Assembly: GCA_049971805.1 (NCBI GenBank)
Contig: JBMFKU010000028.1
Coordinates: 1-14,619 of the forward strand
DNA from: Caldisphaera sp.
GTDB lineage: Archaea; Thermoproteota; Thermoprotei_A; Sulfolobales; Acidilobaceae
DNA length: 14,619 bases
Direction of reading: 5' to 3'
Each line of letters opens with the position of its first letter. The stretch's first letter is position 1. A program made the position numbers and the translations under genes. A model generated the notes under the pieces. That model made no database searches, was not told the DNA's origin, and worked only from the letters and a program-made list of their open reading frames with translations. Positions 1 to 8,436 of this stretch are shown here, piece by piece.

Positions 1-126
1 CCCCATGTTTTACTTAAAACAAACATTAAAAGCATTACCAATTTAAAAGAAGAGGTTTGCCGTTTATTTTATCATTACACGTTTTTCTTGCTTACTTATT
101 TTTCCAACCTGCTTTGTATTTTTTAA

Positions 127-390
127 CTACAATTTTTCCCCATCAGCAACATCATCTATATCCATAGACCTTTTATGGAATCCCCATACATGGAGCTTAT
201 CTGCTATGTCAAATATATCTGTTAAACCCAATTCATAAGAGGCCTTATCTATAAGCCTCCTAGTCCATTTTCCCTTAAGTTTTGCTTCTCTTGCCTCTTG
301 AAGATCATAAAATTCAGCTAATAGTTTTACAAACTCTTCTGCAGCCTTATATACATTTTCAGAGGCTTAAGCTACTAATACTATTGTCAT
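127..390 (-). pseudogene. PaREP1-family (HEPN-related) protein, pseudogene
   Basis: Not in the ORF track. Manual translation of 366->127 gives ASENVYKAAEEFVKLLAEFYDLQEAREAKLKGKWTRRLIDKASYELGLTDIFDIADKLHVWGFHKRSMDIDDV..., matching PaREP1 motifs (QASEKxYKAAEE; GxWT; LHVWGFH). TAA at 369-367 sits where the Q of QASE is expected, 7 codons after an in-frame ATG at 390. Confidence 0.8.
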
Positions 391-525
391 AAACCATACT
401 TAAGGAGCAAATGGTTAGGTTTTAGTTTATTTATACGCACAATTAAGGAGATTTGTTAACATTAGAACAAATTTCTAAAAGAGAAGTAATAAAAACAGTA
501 GTCAGTAATGTAACTTGTTTTTTGC

Positions 526-900
526 TTACACCATGAGATTTGATACTTCATTTGATAATAGCAACACATTTACATATGTTACTACAAAGTGTTTTGCCTT
601 TTTATACCATTCTACATATGCCATGCCTTTTGCTTCTCTTCCTCTAACGCTTATTATAACTCCCCGATAACTATAACCCTCCCATATCTCTTTTCCCCTT
701 GATAGCTTTACTTTTGCATTTTCATCATAGGCACTTATTACGTTATACTGTTTCAAAAGCATTGGTACCTTAATTCTCATGTACTCATCAAGATTATCAA
801 CAACATCGTTAAGTCCTTCGTCTGCAAAGCCTATTATGTTAGAAGTCTTTTTAATACCAGTTCTACTCAAATTTTCACCTGATATTTTATAATAATTCAC
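526..900 (-). CDS. Hypothetical protein (124 aa)
   Basis: Uninterrupted ORF in AT-rich DNA with GTG start and globular-protein-like composition. No family recognised and the start is uncertain. Confidence 0.55.
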   Translation of the reverse strand: MNYYKISGENLSRTGIKKTSNIIGFADEGLNDVVDNLDEYMRIKVPMLLKQYNVISAYDENAKVKLSRGKEIWEGYSYRGVIISVRGREAKGMAYVEWYKKAKHFVVTYVNVLLLSNEVSNLMV

Positions 901-1017
901 AAGTTAAGTTTTTTATTAATCTCGATAAGGATAGAAGTTTGCCTATAATATAAAAAACTGAATGTAATCTTATATGTGTGTATTTGCAAAACAATTAAAT
1001 GTATAGGTGATAGAGAA

Positions 1018-1485
1018 ATGACGTCTGAAGGTATTGATTTTGAGGCTTTAGGGGACTTTCTTGCGGCTGAATCAACGTGGATCGGAGATGGTAGAACAAA
1101 GGCTAAGATTCATGATATAGAGCTAGAGGTAGATAATCCTTTAAGTGTGCTTCCAATAAATCCTCCTCCTAATGTAACTTGGCCAGAGCAACTTGTTCCT
1201 GCAGCCCTTGCTGTTTGCTTTATAACAACGATGACAACTATTAACGAAAAAATTGGCGTCGACATAAAATCTCTTAAGGTCATAGCAAAACCAATACTGG
1301 GTATCGATACCGATAATGGGTTCAGGTTTGAAAAGATATTGATAACAATAGAAATGTCTATTTCTTCGGGTGAGAGGAAAAAAGCCGAAAGGCTTGCAGA
1401 TCTTACCCATAAATATTGTTTGATAAGCAAGGCAATAGCAGGTAATGTAGAAGAAGTTGTAGAGAAAAAAATAATGGAGGTCTAA
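1018..1485 (+). CDS. OsmC/Ohr-family protein (155 aa)
   Basis: PEQLVPAALAVCF and HKYCLISKAI carry the two conserved Cys motifs of the OsmC family. Start moved to ATG 1018 because GGTGA (1006-1010) precedes it. Confidence 0.85.
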   Translation: MTSEGIDFEALGDFLAAESTWIGDGRTKAKIHDIELEVDNPLSVLPINPPPNVTWPEQLVPAALAVCFITTMTTINEKIGVDIKSLKVIAKPILGIDTDNGFRFEKILITIEMSISSGERKKAERLADLTHKYCLISKAIAGNVEEVVEKKIMEV

Positions 1486-1758
1486 TAAATGTCATAAACT
1501 ACCTATTCGATTCACCTTATTTTGATATATTTTTCTATTTATATAAGATATCATCAGTATTTTGCGATATGCTTGGATGACTTGTTATTATTGAAGTCTT
1601 GGCATTAGCCTAAGTGTTTGTTATGTATTTCAAACAAGAATCTTGAGAAAATTCTCTTATATTCTCTTATATTTCTTATTTTTAGTACATTGACATTTTG
1701 AGTTATTGATGAAATTTGATTATAATAGCTTACAAAGCTTTTTAGGTTACTTTTTTGA

Positions 1759-2312
1759 TTAATCTCATATGAATCTATAGAAAACAGCCTAAAAACATAC
1801 AATACTATAATAACAACTGATGATAATGGCAATATAATAAATATCTATAGAAAAACACACCTTTACGATGCATTTAACTTTAAAGAATCTGATTTCTTTA
1901 AAGAATCTAAAAATCCTTATAGAGTCTTTGACTTTAATGGATTTAAAATAGGAGTTATGGTATGCTATGAGATAAGATTTCCTGAAATTGCGAGAATTTT
2001 AGCTTTAAATGGAGCGGATGTAATATTAGTCCCAAGTGCATGGTTTAAGGGTTACAATAAGGAAGAGCATTGGTTAACTATGATCAAAGCAAGAGCATTA
2101 GAAAATACTGTTTATATAGCTACATTAAATCAAATAGGAAATGTATTTACTGGCATAACAAGTTTCGTAGACCCCCTCGGAATTATAATGCATAGAATGA
2201 AGAGGAAGGAATTATTTTTGGCGAAGTTGACAAAGAAAGAATCAATGAAGCTAGAAAAATATTACCCTTGCTCTCTCAAAGAAAAACTGATTTATATTCA
2301 GGACTTATTTAG
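1759..2312 (+). pseudogene. Carbon-nitrogen hydrolase (nitrilase superfamily) pseudogene
   Basis: Frame 1 is open from 1759 (after TGA 1756-1758) and reads YNT..IYRKTHLYDAF (catalytic Lys), CYEIRFPE (catalytic Cys), PSAW and ARALEN. At about 2196 it shifts to frame 3, reading NEEEGIIFGEVDKERINEARKILPLLSQRKTDLYSGLI* (TAG 2310-2312), a typical family C-terminus. The N-terminal catalytic Glu segment is absent. Confidence 0.85.
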
Positions 2313-2464
2313 CTTCAATTTTTATCATATAAAAATTTTTAAACTATTTATTAAGTTAGTAATTAAAATATATGCACGTTTAAATTTATTAATCTAAAAA
2401 ACATAATCAAATATGTATATGGTGTTTAATAACTTTATGTTATTAAACACTATAGGTGATAAAC

Positions 2465-3358
2465 ATGACTAGCAATTTGCCTTATGAAAAGAAAGAAACT
2501 TTTTTCCCTTGTAATGGAGAAAAGTGTCATGGTATTTTATATTTGCCTTCTGGTGTTAAGAAAGCTCCGGCCTTAGTGATGGGCATGGGTTTTGGCATGG
2601 TAAAAGAAGTGCATGCTGATGACTATGCCCCATACTTTGCTCAGAAAGGAATAGCTGTTTTCGTTTTCGATTACAGAAGATTTGGAAGAAGCGAAGGGAT
2701 GCCACGACAAGCTCTATATCCAATGGATCAAGTATCTGATTATAGATGTGCTATTTCTTTTATGAAAACTATTGAGAAAGTCGATCCAAATAGGATATGC
2801 GTTTGGGGGACAAGCTTTTCAGGAGGCCATGTATTAACCCTATTAGCATTTCCAGAACCTGGCCTAAAATGCGGAATATCCCAAGTTCCAAATGTTTATT
2901 CGTATAGAACAGCCTTGGAATATTTTGGTAGCCTTGAACCAGTTTTAATGCTATACTCACAGAACTCAAAGGATTGTTGCGAAGGAAGACCTTCTTATAT
3001 TCCTATAGTATCTAAAGATGGTATAGCAGCTTTAATGACCAAGGAGGCTTATGAATATTATACAAGCATTGCGTCAAAATATGAAACTTTTGAAAACAAA
3101 ATCACTTTAGATAGCCTAACTCATATTTTAGCTTACAATCCAGGGGATTACTCTCACTTAATAAAGAAACCTTTATTAATGATAATTGCATCTAAAGATC
3201 AAACAACACCTCCAAAAATAGCTAAAGAAGTAGCTGATAGAATTAAAAGCGAAGTAACAATAAAGGAATATAATGTAGGCCATTTTGAAATCTATAAACA
3301 ACCCTTATTAAATGAAATTGCAATTTATGAATCAGCATGGCTGTTAGAGAGGTTATGA
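2465..3358 (+). CDS. Alpha/beta-fold hydrolase (S15/CocE-NonD-like)
   Basis: FDYRRFGRSEG, nucleophile elbow GTSFSGG, candidate Asp (KDQTTP) and His (GHFEIY). GGTGA at 2455-2459 supports ATG 2465. Confidence 0.88.
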   Translation: MTSNLPYEKKETFFPCNGEKCHGILYLPSGVKKAPALVMGMGFGMVKEVHADDYAPYFAQKGIAVFVFDYRRFGRSEGMPRQALYPMDQVSDYRCAISFMKTIEKVDPNRICVWGTSFSGGHVLTLLAFPEPGLKCGISQVPNVYSYRTALEYFGSLEPVLMLYSQNSKDCCEGRPSYIPIVSKDGIAALMTKEAYEYYTSIASKYETFENKITLDSLTHILAYNPGDYSHLIKKPLLMIIASKDQTTPPKIAKEVADRIKSEVTIKEYNVGHFEIYKQPLLNEIAIYESAWLLERL

Positions 3359-4272
3359 GCATGTCCGATTGCAACTGGTGTAATATAGAAAAGTTAAGTG
3401 AAAATGTTTATGCAGTTATTGATAAAAACGGTGGATGGTTTTTAAGTAATTCTGGCCTTATTGACATGGGTTCATATACATTAGTTATCGATACACAATA
3501 TAATGAAAAAAGAGCTAATGATATTATAAACGTTATCAAAAATTTAGGGCTGCCGAAGCCCGGTTTAATATTAAATACACATCATCATGGAGACCATGTA
3601 TGGGGTAACCATGTCATAGGAGCACCTGCTATTATCCATAAAGAGGCAAATAACATGATAAAAACACTTAAAGAAATTGGATCTAGCATTTATGAAGCGT
3701 TCTTTCCACAATTAGACTTTAAGGGTTCAAAATACACATTACCTGATATAGTAATAGGTGATGATGGAATAATTTTAGAATCAAAATATGGCCCTATTAA
3801 TGTGGAATATCTAGGACCAGCACACACTGTAGGAGATCTAATAGTTATAGTAGATCATGCAAATACAATATTTGCTGGAGATATAATATTTAACCAAGTT
3901 ACGCCCTTAGCCCTTGATGGTACGGTATTAAATTGGATTAAAGTGCTAGATAAGTTGGAAGATATTTCAAAAGGTAAAAAGATTGTAGGAGGGCATGGAG
4001 AAGTTACTGATGAAAAAGTAATTAAACTTATGAAAGATTACCTTATACACATAGCAAATGGCACCAAAGAGAGTTTATTAAATGGAATTTCAGATCCTTT
4101 AATAATAGCAAAAAGTATAGGCCCTGGACCTCTTAAAGGATGGAGCCTTGAAGAAAGAATAGTTTTCAACATCGCTAGAGCAATATTAGACTTCCAAGGT
4201 AAACCTCCTGGAGAGATGGTAACAAATTTACCAGAACTAGCCACGAAAATGGCAAAATATCCATTAAAATAA
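3355..4272 (+). CDS. Metallo-beta-lactamase-fold hydrolase (cyclase-like subgroup)
   Basis: Metal ligands NTHHHGDHVWGN (HxHxDH), GPAHTVGD, FAGD and GGHG. ATG 3355 overlaps the upstream TGA (ATGA); ATG 3361 after GAGG is an alternative start. Confidence 0.9.
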   Translation: MSMSDCNWCNIEKLSENVYAVIDKNGGWFLSNSGLIDMGSYTLVIDTQYNEKRANDIINVIKNLGLPKPGLILNTHHHGDHVWGNHVIGAPAIIHKEANNMIKTLKEIGSSIYEAFFPQLDFKGSKYTLPDIVIGDDGIILESKYGPINVEYLGPAHTVGDLIVIVDHANTIFAGDIIFNQVTPLALDGTVLNWIKVLDKLEDISKGKKIVGGHGEVTDEKVIKLMKDYLIHIANGTKESLLNGISDPLIIAKSIGPGPLKGWSLEERIVFNIARAILDFQGKPPGEMVTNLPELATKMAKYPLK

Positions 4273-4370
4273 AAATATTTATCAATAATATTATAAAAAA
4301 TAAATTATTTTAAATAGATCTTAAAATAATTTCATATAAATTTTTATATAAAAAATAAATTAAATGCCTC

Positions 4371-7247
4371 TTAATGTTTCCTTAGAAATATTCCAGCTAT
4401 AGCTACAACAATTATTATCGCAGCTATACCCCCAACAAAAGTTATATTAGTTGATATTTTTGCATTTTCAATTAAAGGCCCATTAACAGTTACATTAGAA
4501 TTATTTGGTAATGTATAATTGCCAACCCATGTTAGAGTCTCATATATAGGCACTGATTCGTATAGCTTAATAGTAGAACCAAAATTGTACCAATTGTTTA
4601 TACCATTTATTGTTACCAAATATTGCTTATAATAATCTGCCGTTTCATTAATCATAGGATATAGCACGGTTATTGAACTGCTTTGATTCAATACGTATCT
4701 TTCTTGATTGCTAATATAAATTACCTCAGGTAAAGCAATTACTGTTTTATAGTTGAACCAATTACTTATTGTTCCGTTAGGTAGCTTGATAAAGACGTAA
4801 TATTGTTTAATATATGATGGAGTTAGGTTAAATGCATTGTTGACAACAACTCCATTTGTTTGGTTTATTATGTATCTTGTAACGTTATTTATATAAATCA
4901 TTTTGGGCAAAAATATACTAGATCCATAATTGTACCAACCACTTATTGTTCCGTTAGGCAATAATACATTGATGTAGAATTGTTTAATATATGATGGAGT
5001 TAGGTTAAATGGTGAATTTACATTAATTATTCTGCTTTGATTTAATACGTATCTTTCTAGACTACCATTATATATTATGGAGGGTAATGTAATTACAGAA
5101 TTTACATTGAACCAATTATTTATCGTTTGATTAGGCAATTTAATGGTTACGTAATATTGCTTGATATAATTTATAGTTAGGTTAAATGTGCTATTAATTG
5201 TTATAGTGTTGCTTTGATTTAATACGTATCTTTCTAGACTACCATTATATATTATGGAGGGTAGCTTAATGAGCATTCCTTTGTTAAACCAATTACTTAT
5301 TGTTCCGTTAGGTAACCTAATATTAATAAAATACTGGTAAGTGACTGAAACAGATATGATTATTGGGTTTCGTAAAATAATCTTACTTATATTTGAGTTA
5401 ATTGATTCTCTAGCAGTGCTATTAAAGTAATAAATGTTGTATATAATTATTTCTGTAGATTTGTTATACCAATCGCTTACTAATGTTGAATTAACTCCAT
5501 TTATTTCAGCAGGTATGGCATAATTTATCTTTAAATAATATTGAGTATAGAATGGTGGGGTAATAATCATTGAGGAGTTTATTTTATAATAGGTTTCTTT
5601 ATATATAACAAACCTTGTGTAGCTACCATTATAAACTGTTTGTGCTGGTATATCTATTATCGTCCCTTCATTGTACCAACCATTATTTATTTTTTGATAT
5701 AAATTGTTAATATAACCATTTAATTCGAATGGAAAAGTCACATAGAATTGCTGTTGATATACTGCAGTCACATTTGCATTAACATATAAGATTATTGTAT
5801 TGCTTTTAACTATTTGGCCATTTACTATTAAATATTTAAACAGCATCCTGCTGTTATTATTTATATAATAAATACTTGGAAACGTTAAATTGACTGGAGT
5901 ATTAAATAAATAATTTCCACTTAAATGAGAAAATCCGTCAACATAAAAATCAACTGGAGAAGTAACATTAACTATACCTCCTCCTACCGTCAATGATGAA
6001 GTAAACGTTTCTATTGGCATAGAACCTGCATATAAAGTTACTGATAAGTTGTAATTACCAGGTTGCAATATATACGATATTGGAGAGTATTGACCGAATG
6101 TTTGGTTATAATAGTTATTACCTGATATTGTTATCAACCATTCCCCGTTTGGAGGAGTTAAATATAAGGTCAGGTTATTTCCATTTAATTGATAATATGA
6201 TTTAGGTTGCCATAAGAATTCTTGTTGATTTTGCCCTTCAATCTGATGTACAATACCATTTTTATAATATTCTTGTATTCCATAATATTGATTTACATTT
6301 TCAGCGGTTACGCTAGCGGTAAATATAGAGGGCTGTAAACTTATTGCGTCAGGTACACTATAGAAATTACCATTATATTCGTAATAAAGGCCCATTGAAG
6401 CGTTCCAATTATATACAGTTAATTGAGACCCGCCACTTGCTCCTCCTACAACCCATTGTGTTACGAATGGATAATAAGGAGCGTATGAGTTTATTGAACT
6501 TTGAATTCCAGTTAAGAATTGTGGATTGCTAGACTTTACATAAACAGTTATTTTATCATATAAAATCCATCCTGAGTTAAAAGTAGAGTTCTGAAATTCA
6601 TAATACATATATATTTGTGGATAGCCATTGCTGCTCTGGTTTATAGTCATATATGCATATAAATAAAATGGAGAATTTGTTGAATAAGTAATAATATTAT
6701 TATTAGATAATGCCCAACTGTAATAAAATACCTGATTGTTTGAAGTAGAGAAACTACCATTTCCAGAGACAAGACTCTGATTTAAGCTATAGCTTGGATA
6801 AGTGCTATTCCACAGGTTATCTATAATATTTACATTATATACACCATTTATATAATAAACTTGAAAAACATCTTGCGCCCATAATGTCATACTACTTGTA
6901 ACGTTAAAATTTGAGTTTAGTTGAACAGAAAAAGCACTATTATTAATAGGCGCACCAGAATAAAAGCTACCTCCATAAAATGCGAAGTAACCTAATAGAG
7001 AATTTGTTGAATAGCTATATTCTATTAAGTTGTTATTTATTAAAGCTGATCCATTATCATTTATGCCAACACTTTCATTAAAGCCTGACTGCAAACCAAT
7101 TACTTTTCTTGCACTCATAGTTATATTACTTTCTTGACTTTCATATTTGCTTATTTTCATAGAATGGGATAAAGGCATAATTAATATCAACAGCAAAAAT
7201 AACGAAAGAACAGTTATCTTAAACCTTTTTGATTTACCAAAGTACAC
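4371..7247 (-). CDS. Thermopsin-like (peptidase A5 family) secreted, membrane-anchored protein with repeat stalk (958 aa)
   Basis: Basic + hydrophobic signal peptide; thermopsin-type motifs FSVQLN, WAQDV, IDNLWN and VGGASGG; many N-x-S/T sequons; repeated QYYV..W[YF]N units; C-terminal TM helix followed by RKH. GGTGG precedes GTG 7247. Confidence 0.82.
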   Translation of the reverse strand: MYFGKSKRFKITVLSLFLLLILIMPLSHSMKISKYESQESNITMSARKVIGLQSGFNESVGINDNGSALINNNLIEYSYSTNSLLGYFAFYGGSFYSGAPINNSAFSVQLNSNFNVTSSMTLWAQDVFQVYYINGVYNVNIIDNLWNSTYPSYSLNQSLVSGNGSFSTSNNQVFYYSWALSNNNIITYSTNSPFYLYAYMTINQSSNGYPQIYMYYEFQNSTFNSGWILYDKITVYVKSSNPQFLTGIQSSINSYAPYYPFVTQWVVGGASGGSQLTVYNWNASMGLYYEYNGNFYSVPDAISLQPSIFTASVTAENVNQYYGIQEYYKNGIVHQIEGQNQQEFLWQPKSYYQLNGNNLTLYLTPPNGEWLITISGNNYYNQTFGQYSPISYILQPGNYNLSVTLYAGSMPIETFTSSLTVGGGIVNVTSPVDFYVDGFSHLSGNYLFNTPVNLTFPSIYYINNNSRMLFKYLIVNGQIVKSNTIILYVNANVTAVYQQQFYVTFPFELNGYINNLYQKINNGWYNEGTIIDIPAQTVYNGSYTRFVIYKETYYKINSSMIITPPFYTQYYLKINYAIPAEINGVNSTLVSDWYNKSTEIIIYNIYYFNSTARESINSNISKIILRNPIIISVSVTYQYFINIRLPNGTISNWFNKGMLIKLPSIIYNGSLERYVLNQSNTITINSTFNLTINYIKQYYVTIKLPNQTINNWFNVNSVITLPSIIYNGSLERYVLNQSRIINVNSPFNLTPSYIKQFYINVLLPNGTISGWYNYGSSIFLPKMIYINNVTRYIINQTNGVVVNNAFNLTPSYIKQYYVFIKLPNGTISNWFNYKTVIALPEVIYISNQERYVLNQSSSITVLYPMINETADYYKQYLVTINGINNWYNFGSTIKLYESVPIYETLTWVGNYTLPNNSNVTVNGPLIENAKISTNITFVGGIAAIIIVVAIAGIFLRKH
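4626..5336 (-). repeat. Four tandem ~177-bp (59-aa) intragenic repeats
   Basis: Unit is QYxVxIxLPNGTISNWFN..LPxIIY...ERYVLNQS..FNLTxxYIK. Exact DNA matches: 5034-5086 = 5211-5263 (53 bp), 4802-4834 = 4979-5011 (33 bp) and 4756-4783 = 5287-5314 (28 bp). Offsets are 177, 177 and 531. Confidence 0.92.
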
Positions 7248-7284
7248 AATCCCACCTTATGCAATTATTAATGGTGTTTTAAAA

Positions 7285-7293
7285 TTATATAAA
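7285..7293 (-). promoter_or_regulatory. Putative TATA box for the thermopsin-like gene
   Basis: TTTATATAA on the minus strand about 30 nt upstream of the GGTGG SD and about 40 nt upstream of GTG 7247. Confidence 0.5.
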
Positions 7294-7439
7294 TCTTGGG
7301 ACATGAATTTTTGGGAATTTTCATGAATCTATTAGCTTTTGAATTAAATACTGAAATACAAGAATTTACAAACTGAATTGAATATTTCTCATATCTAATG
7401 AGATTTAAGGTATATGGGAATTCCCGTAATCTAATATTT

Positions 7440-7454
7440 TAAAGGCTTATATAA
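7440..7454 (+). promoter_or_regulatory. Putative BRE/TATA for the 7497 ORF
   Basis: AAAGGC-TTATATAA (TATA 7447-7454), about 35 nt upstream of GGTGA 7488-7492. Confidence 0.45.
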
Positions 7455-7496
7455 TTTCTAATCTTAATTATTAATTGTATATAGGATGGTGAAATT

Positions 7497-8051
7497 ATGA
7501 GTAATCTACTAGATAACACTATTGAGGAAGAAATAATCGATATTTCTAATAAGTTTAAAAATTCGAAAAATACATCCAATATTAAAAAAGTTATAAGGGA
7601 AAAACTAAATAAATATAAAAAACTACCTATTAATCTCGATGACAGATTAAATTTAGCTACATCGAACGAGGCTGGAATAAGAGAATATCAAAATATAAAA
7701 AATGAACTGTTAAAATATAAGTTAGTAAAATACTTTCATGACAATTCTTTTGATATTGAATCAAGAAAGAAAGATGATGGGGTTTTAAAAATATCGTTTT
7801 CTATTGACATTAATAGTAAAGCTGATTTAAGATTAAAATTATTTATTATAAATAAAGAAATAAAAAGAATAAAGCTGATTTGGGATGTATATGAAGAGGA
7901 TGAGGATGGAGAGGAGGATGAGGATTATGAAATTTCATATTCAATTGTATTGTTAGATAAGGAAATAGATAAAGATTTTGATAGTTTTGATAAAGATTAT
8001 TCGATTCTATATTTGATACAGGAACTAGGAGAATTAAAAGATAATCTTTAA
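7497..8051 (+). CDS. Hypothetical protein with acidic tract (184 aa)
   Basis: GGTGA SD at 7488-7492 and an upstream TATA box. Lys-rich N-terminal half and an EEDEDGEEDEDYE tract. No family recognised. Confidence 0.7.
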   Translation: MSNLLDNTIEEEIIDISNKFKNSKNTSNIKKVIREKLNKYKKLPINLDDRLNLATSNEAGIREYQNIKNELLKYKLVKYFHDNSFDIESRKKDDGVLKISFSIDINSKADLRLKLFIINKEIKRIKLIWDVYEEDEDGEEDEDYEISYSIVLLDKEIDKDFDSFDKDYSILYLIQELGELKDNL

Positions 8052-8084
8052 TTTATTATCATAAATATTTATTTTTAGAAAATT

Positions 8085-8435
8085 TTATTTTCTATTTTTA
8101 AAATTTAAAATTTCTCCAACAATACCTGATGCCGATAATTCTATCAACCCATATAATAGCGGATATACTAGTATTAATATTAACCAAGATATTCCAGCTA
8201 ACGCTCCAACAGTCTTAGCTAAAGAAACTAAATAATTTATTGGGTATACTAAATACATTAATAAAGAGCCTATAAATCCAATTAAAAAGCTTGAAATAAG
8301 CCTTAATGATCTTCTTCTTATTAATCCCATTATTATGCCTGGTATTATTCCAATCCAAACGTAAGGAATAAAATATGATAAGGCTAGAGTTAAAGCAATC
8401 GAAGTTATATATATTATTAAATTAGTCTTATTCAT
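8085..8435 (-). CDS. Small multi-pass membrane protein (116 aa)
   Basis: About 4 hydrophobic segments. GAGGTGG SD inside the end of the acylase gene favours ATG 8435, which follows the acylase TAA (8439-8437) after a 1-nt gap, suggesting co-transcription. Confidence 0.78.
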   Translation of the reverse strand: MNKTNLIIYITSIALTLALSYFIPYVWIGIIPGIIMGLIRRRSLRLISSFLIGFIGSLLMYLVYPINYLVSLAKTVGALAGISWLILILVYPLLYGLIELSASGIVGEILNFKNRK

Positions 8436-8436
8436 T

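Noticed and set aside
1-40. Possible minus-strand gene start at CAT 4-6 with a TATA-like motif about 25 nt upstream
   Set aside because: Only two codons are visible, so it cannot be supported.
1110-1832. Minus-strand ORFs 1110-1430, 1141-1410 and 1605-1832
   Set aside because: Antisense to the OsmC gene or the nitrilase remnant, with no motifs.
2185-2205. Programmed ribosomal frameshift in the nitrilase gene
   Set aside because: No slippery heptamer or stimulatory structure, and the gene also lacks its N-terminal catalytic Glu region.
4273-4370. TTTTTATATAAAAA palindrome (4341-4354) between convergent genes
   Set aside because: Expected by chance in nearly pure A/T sequence. The region probably holds T-rich terminators, but no specific site can be supported.
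4626-5336. Regularly spaced repeats as a CRISPR array
   Set aside because: The period is 177 bp, in frame inside a CDS, and the intervening sequences are homologous rather than unique spacers.
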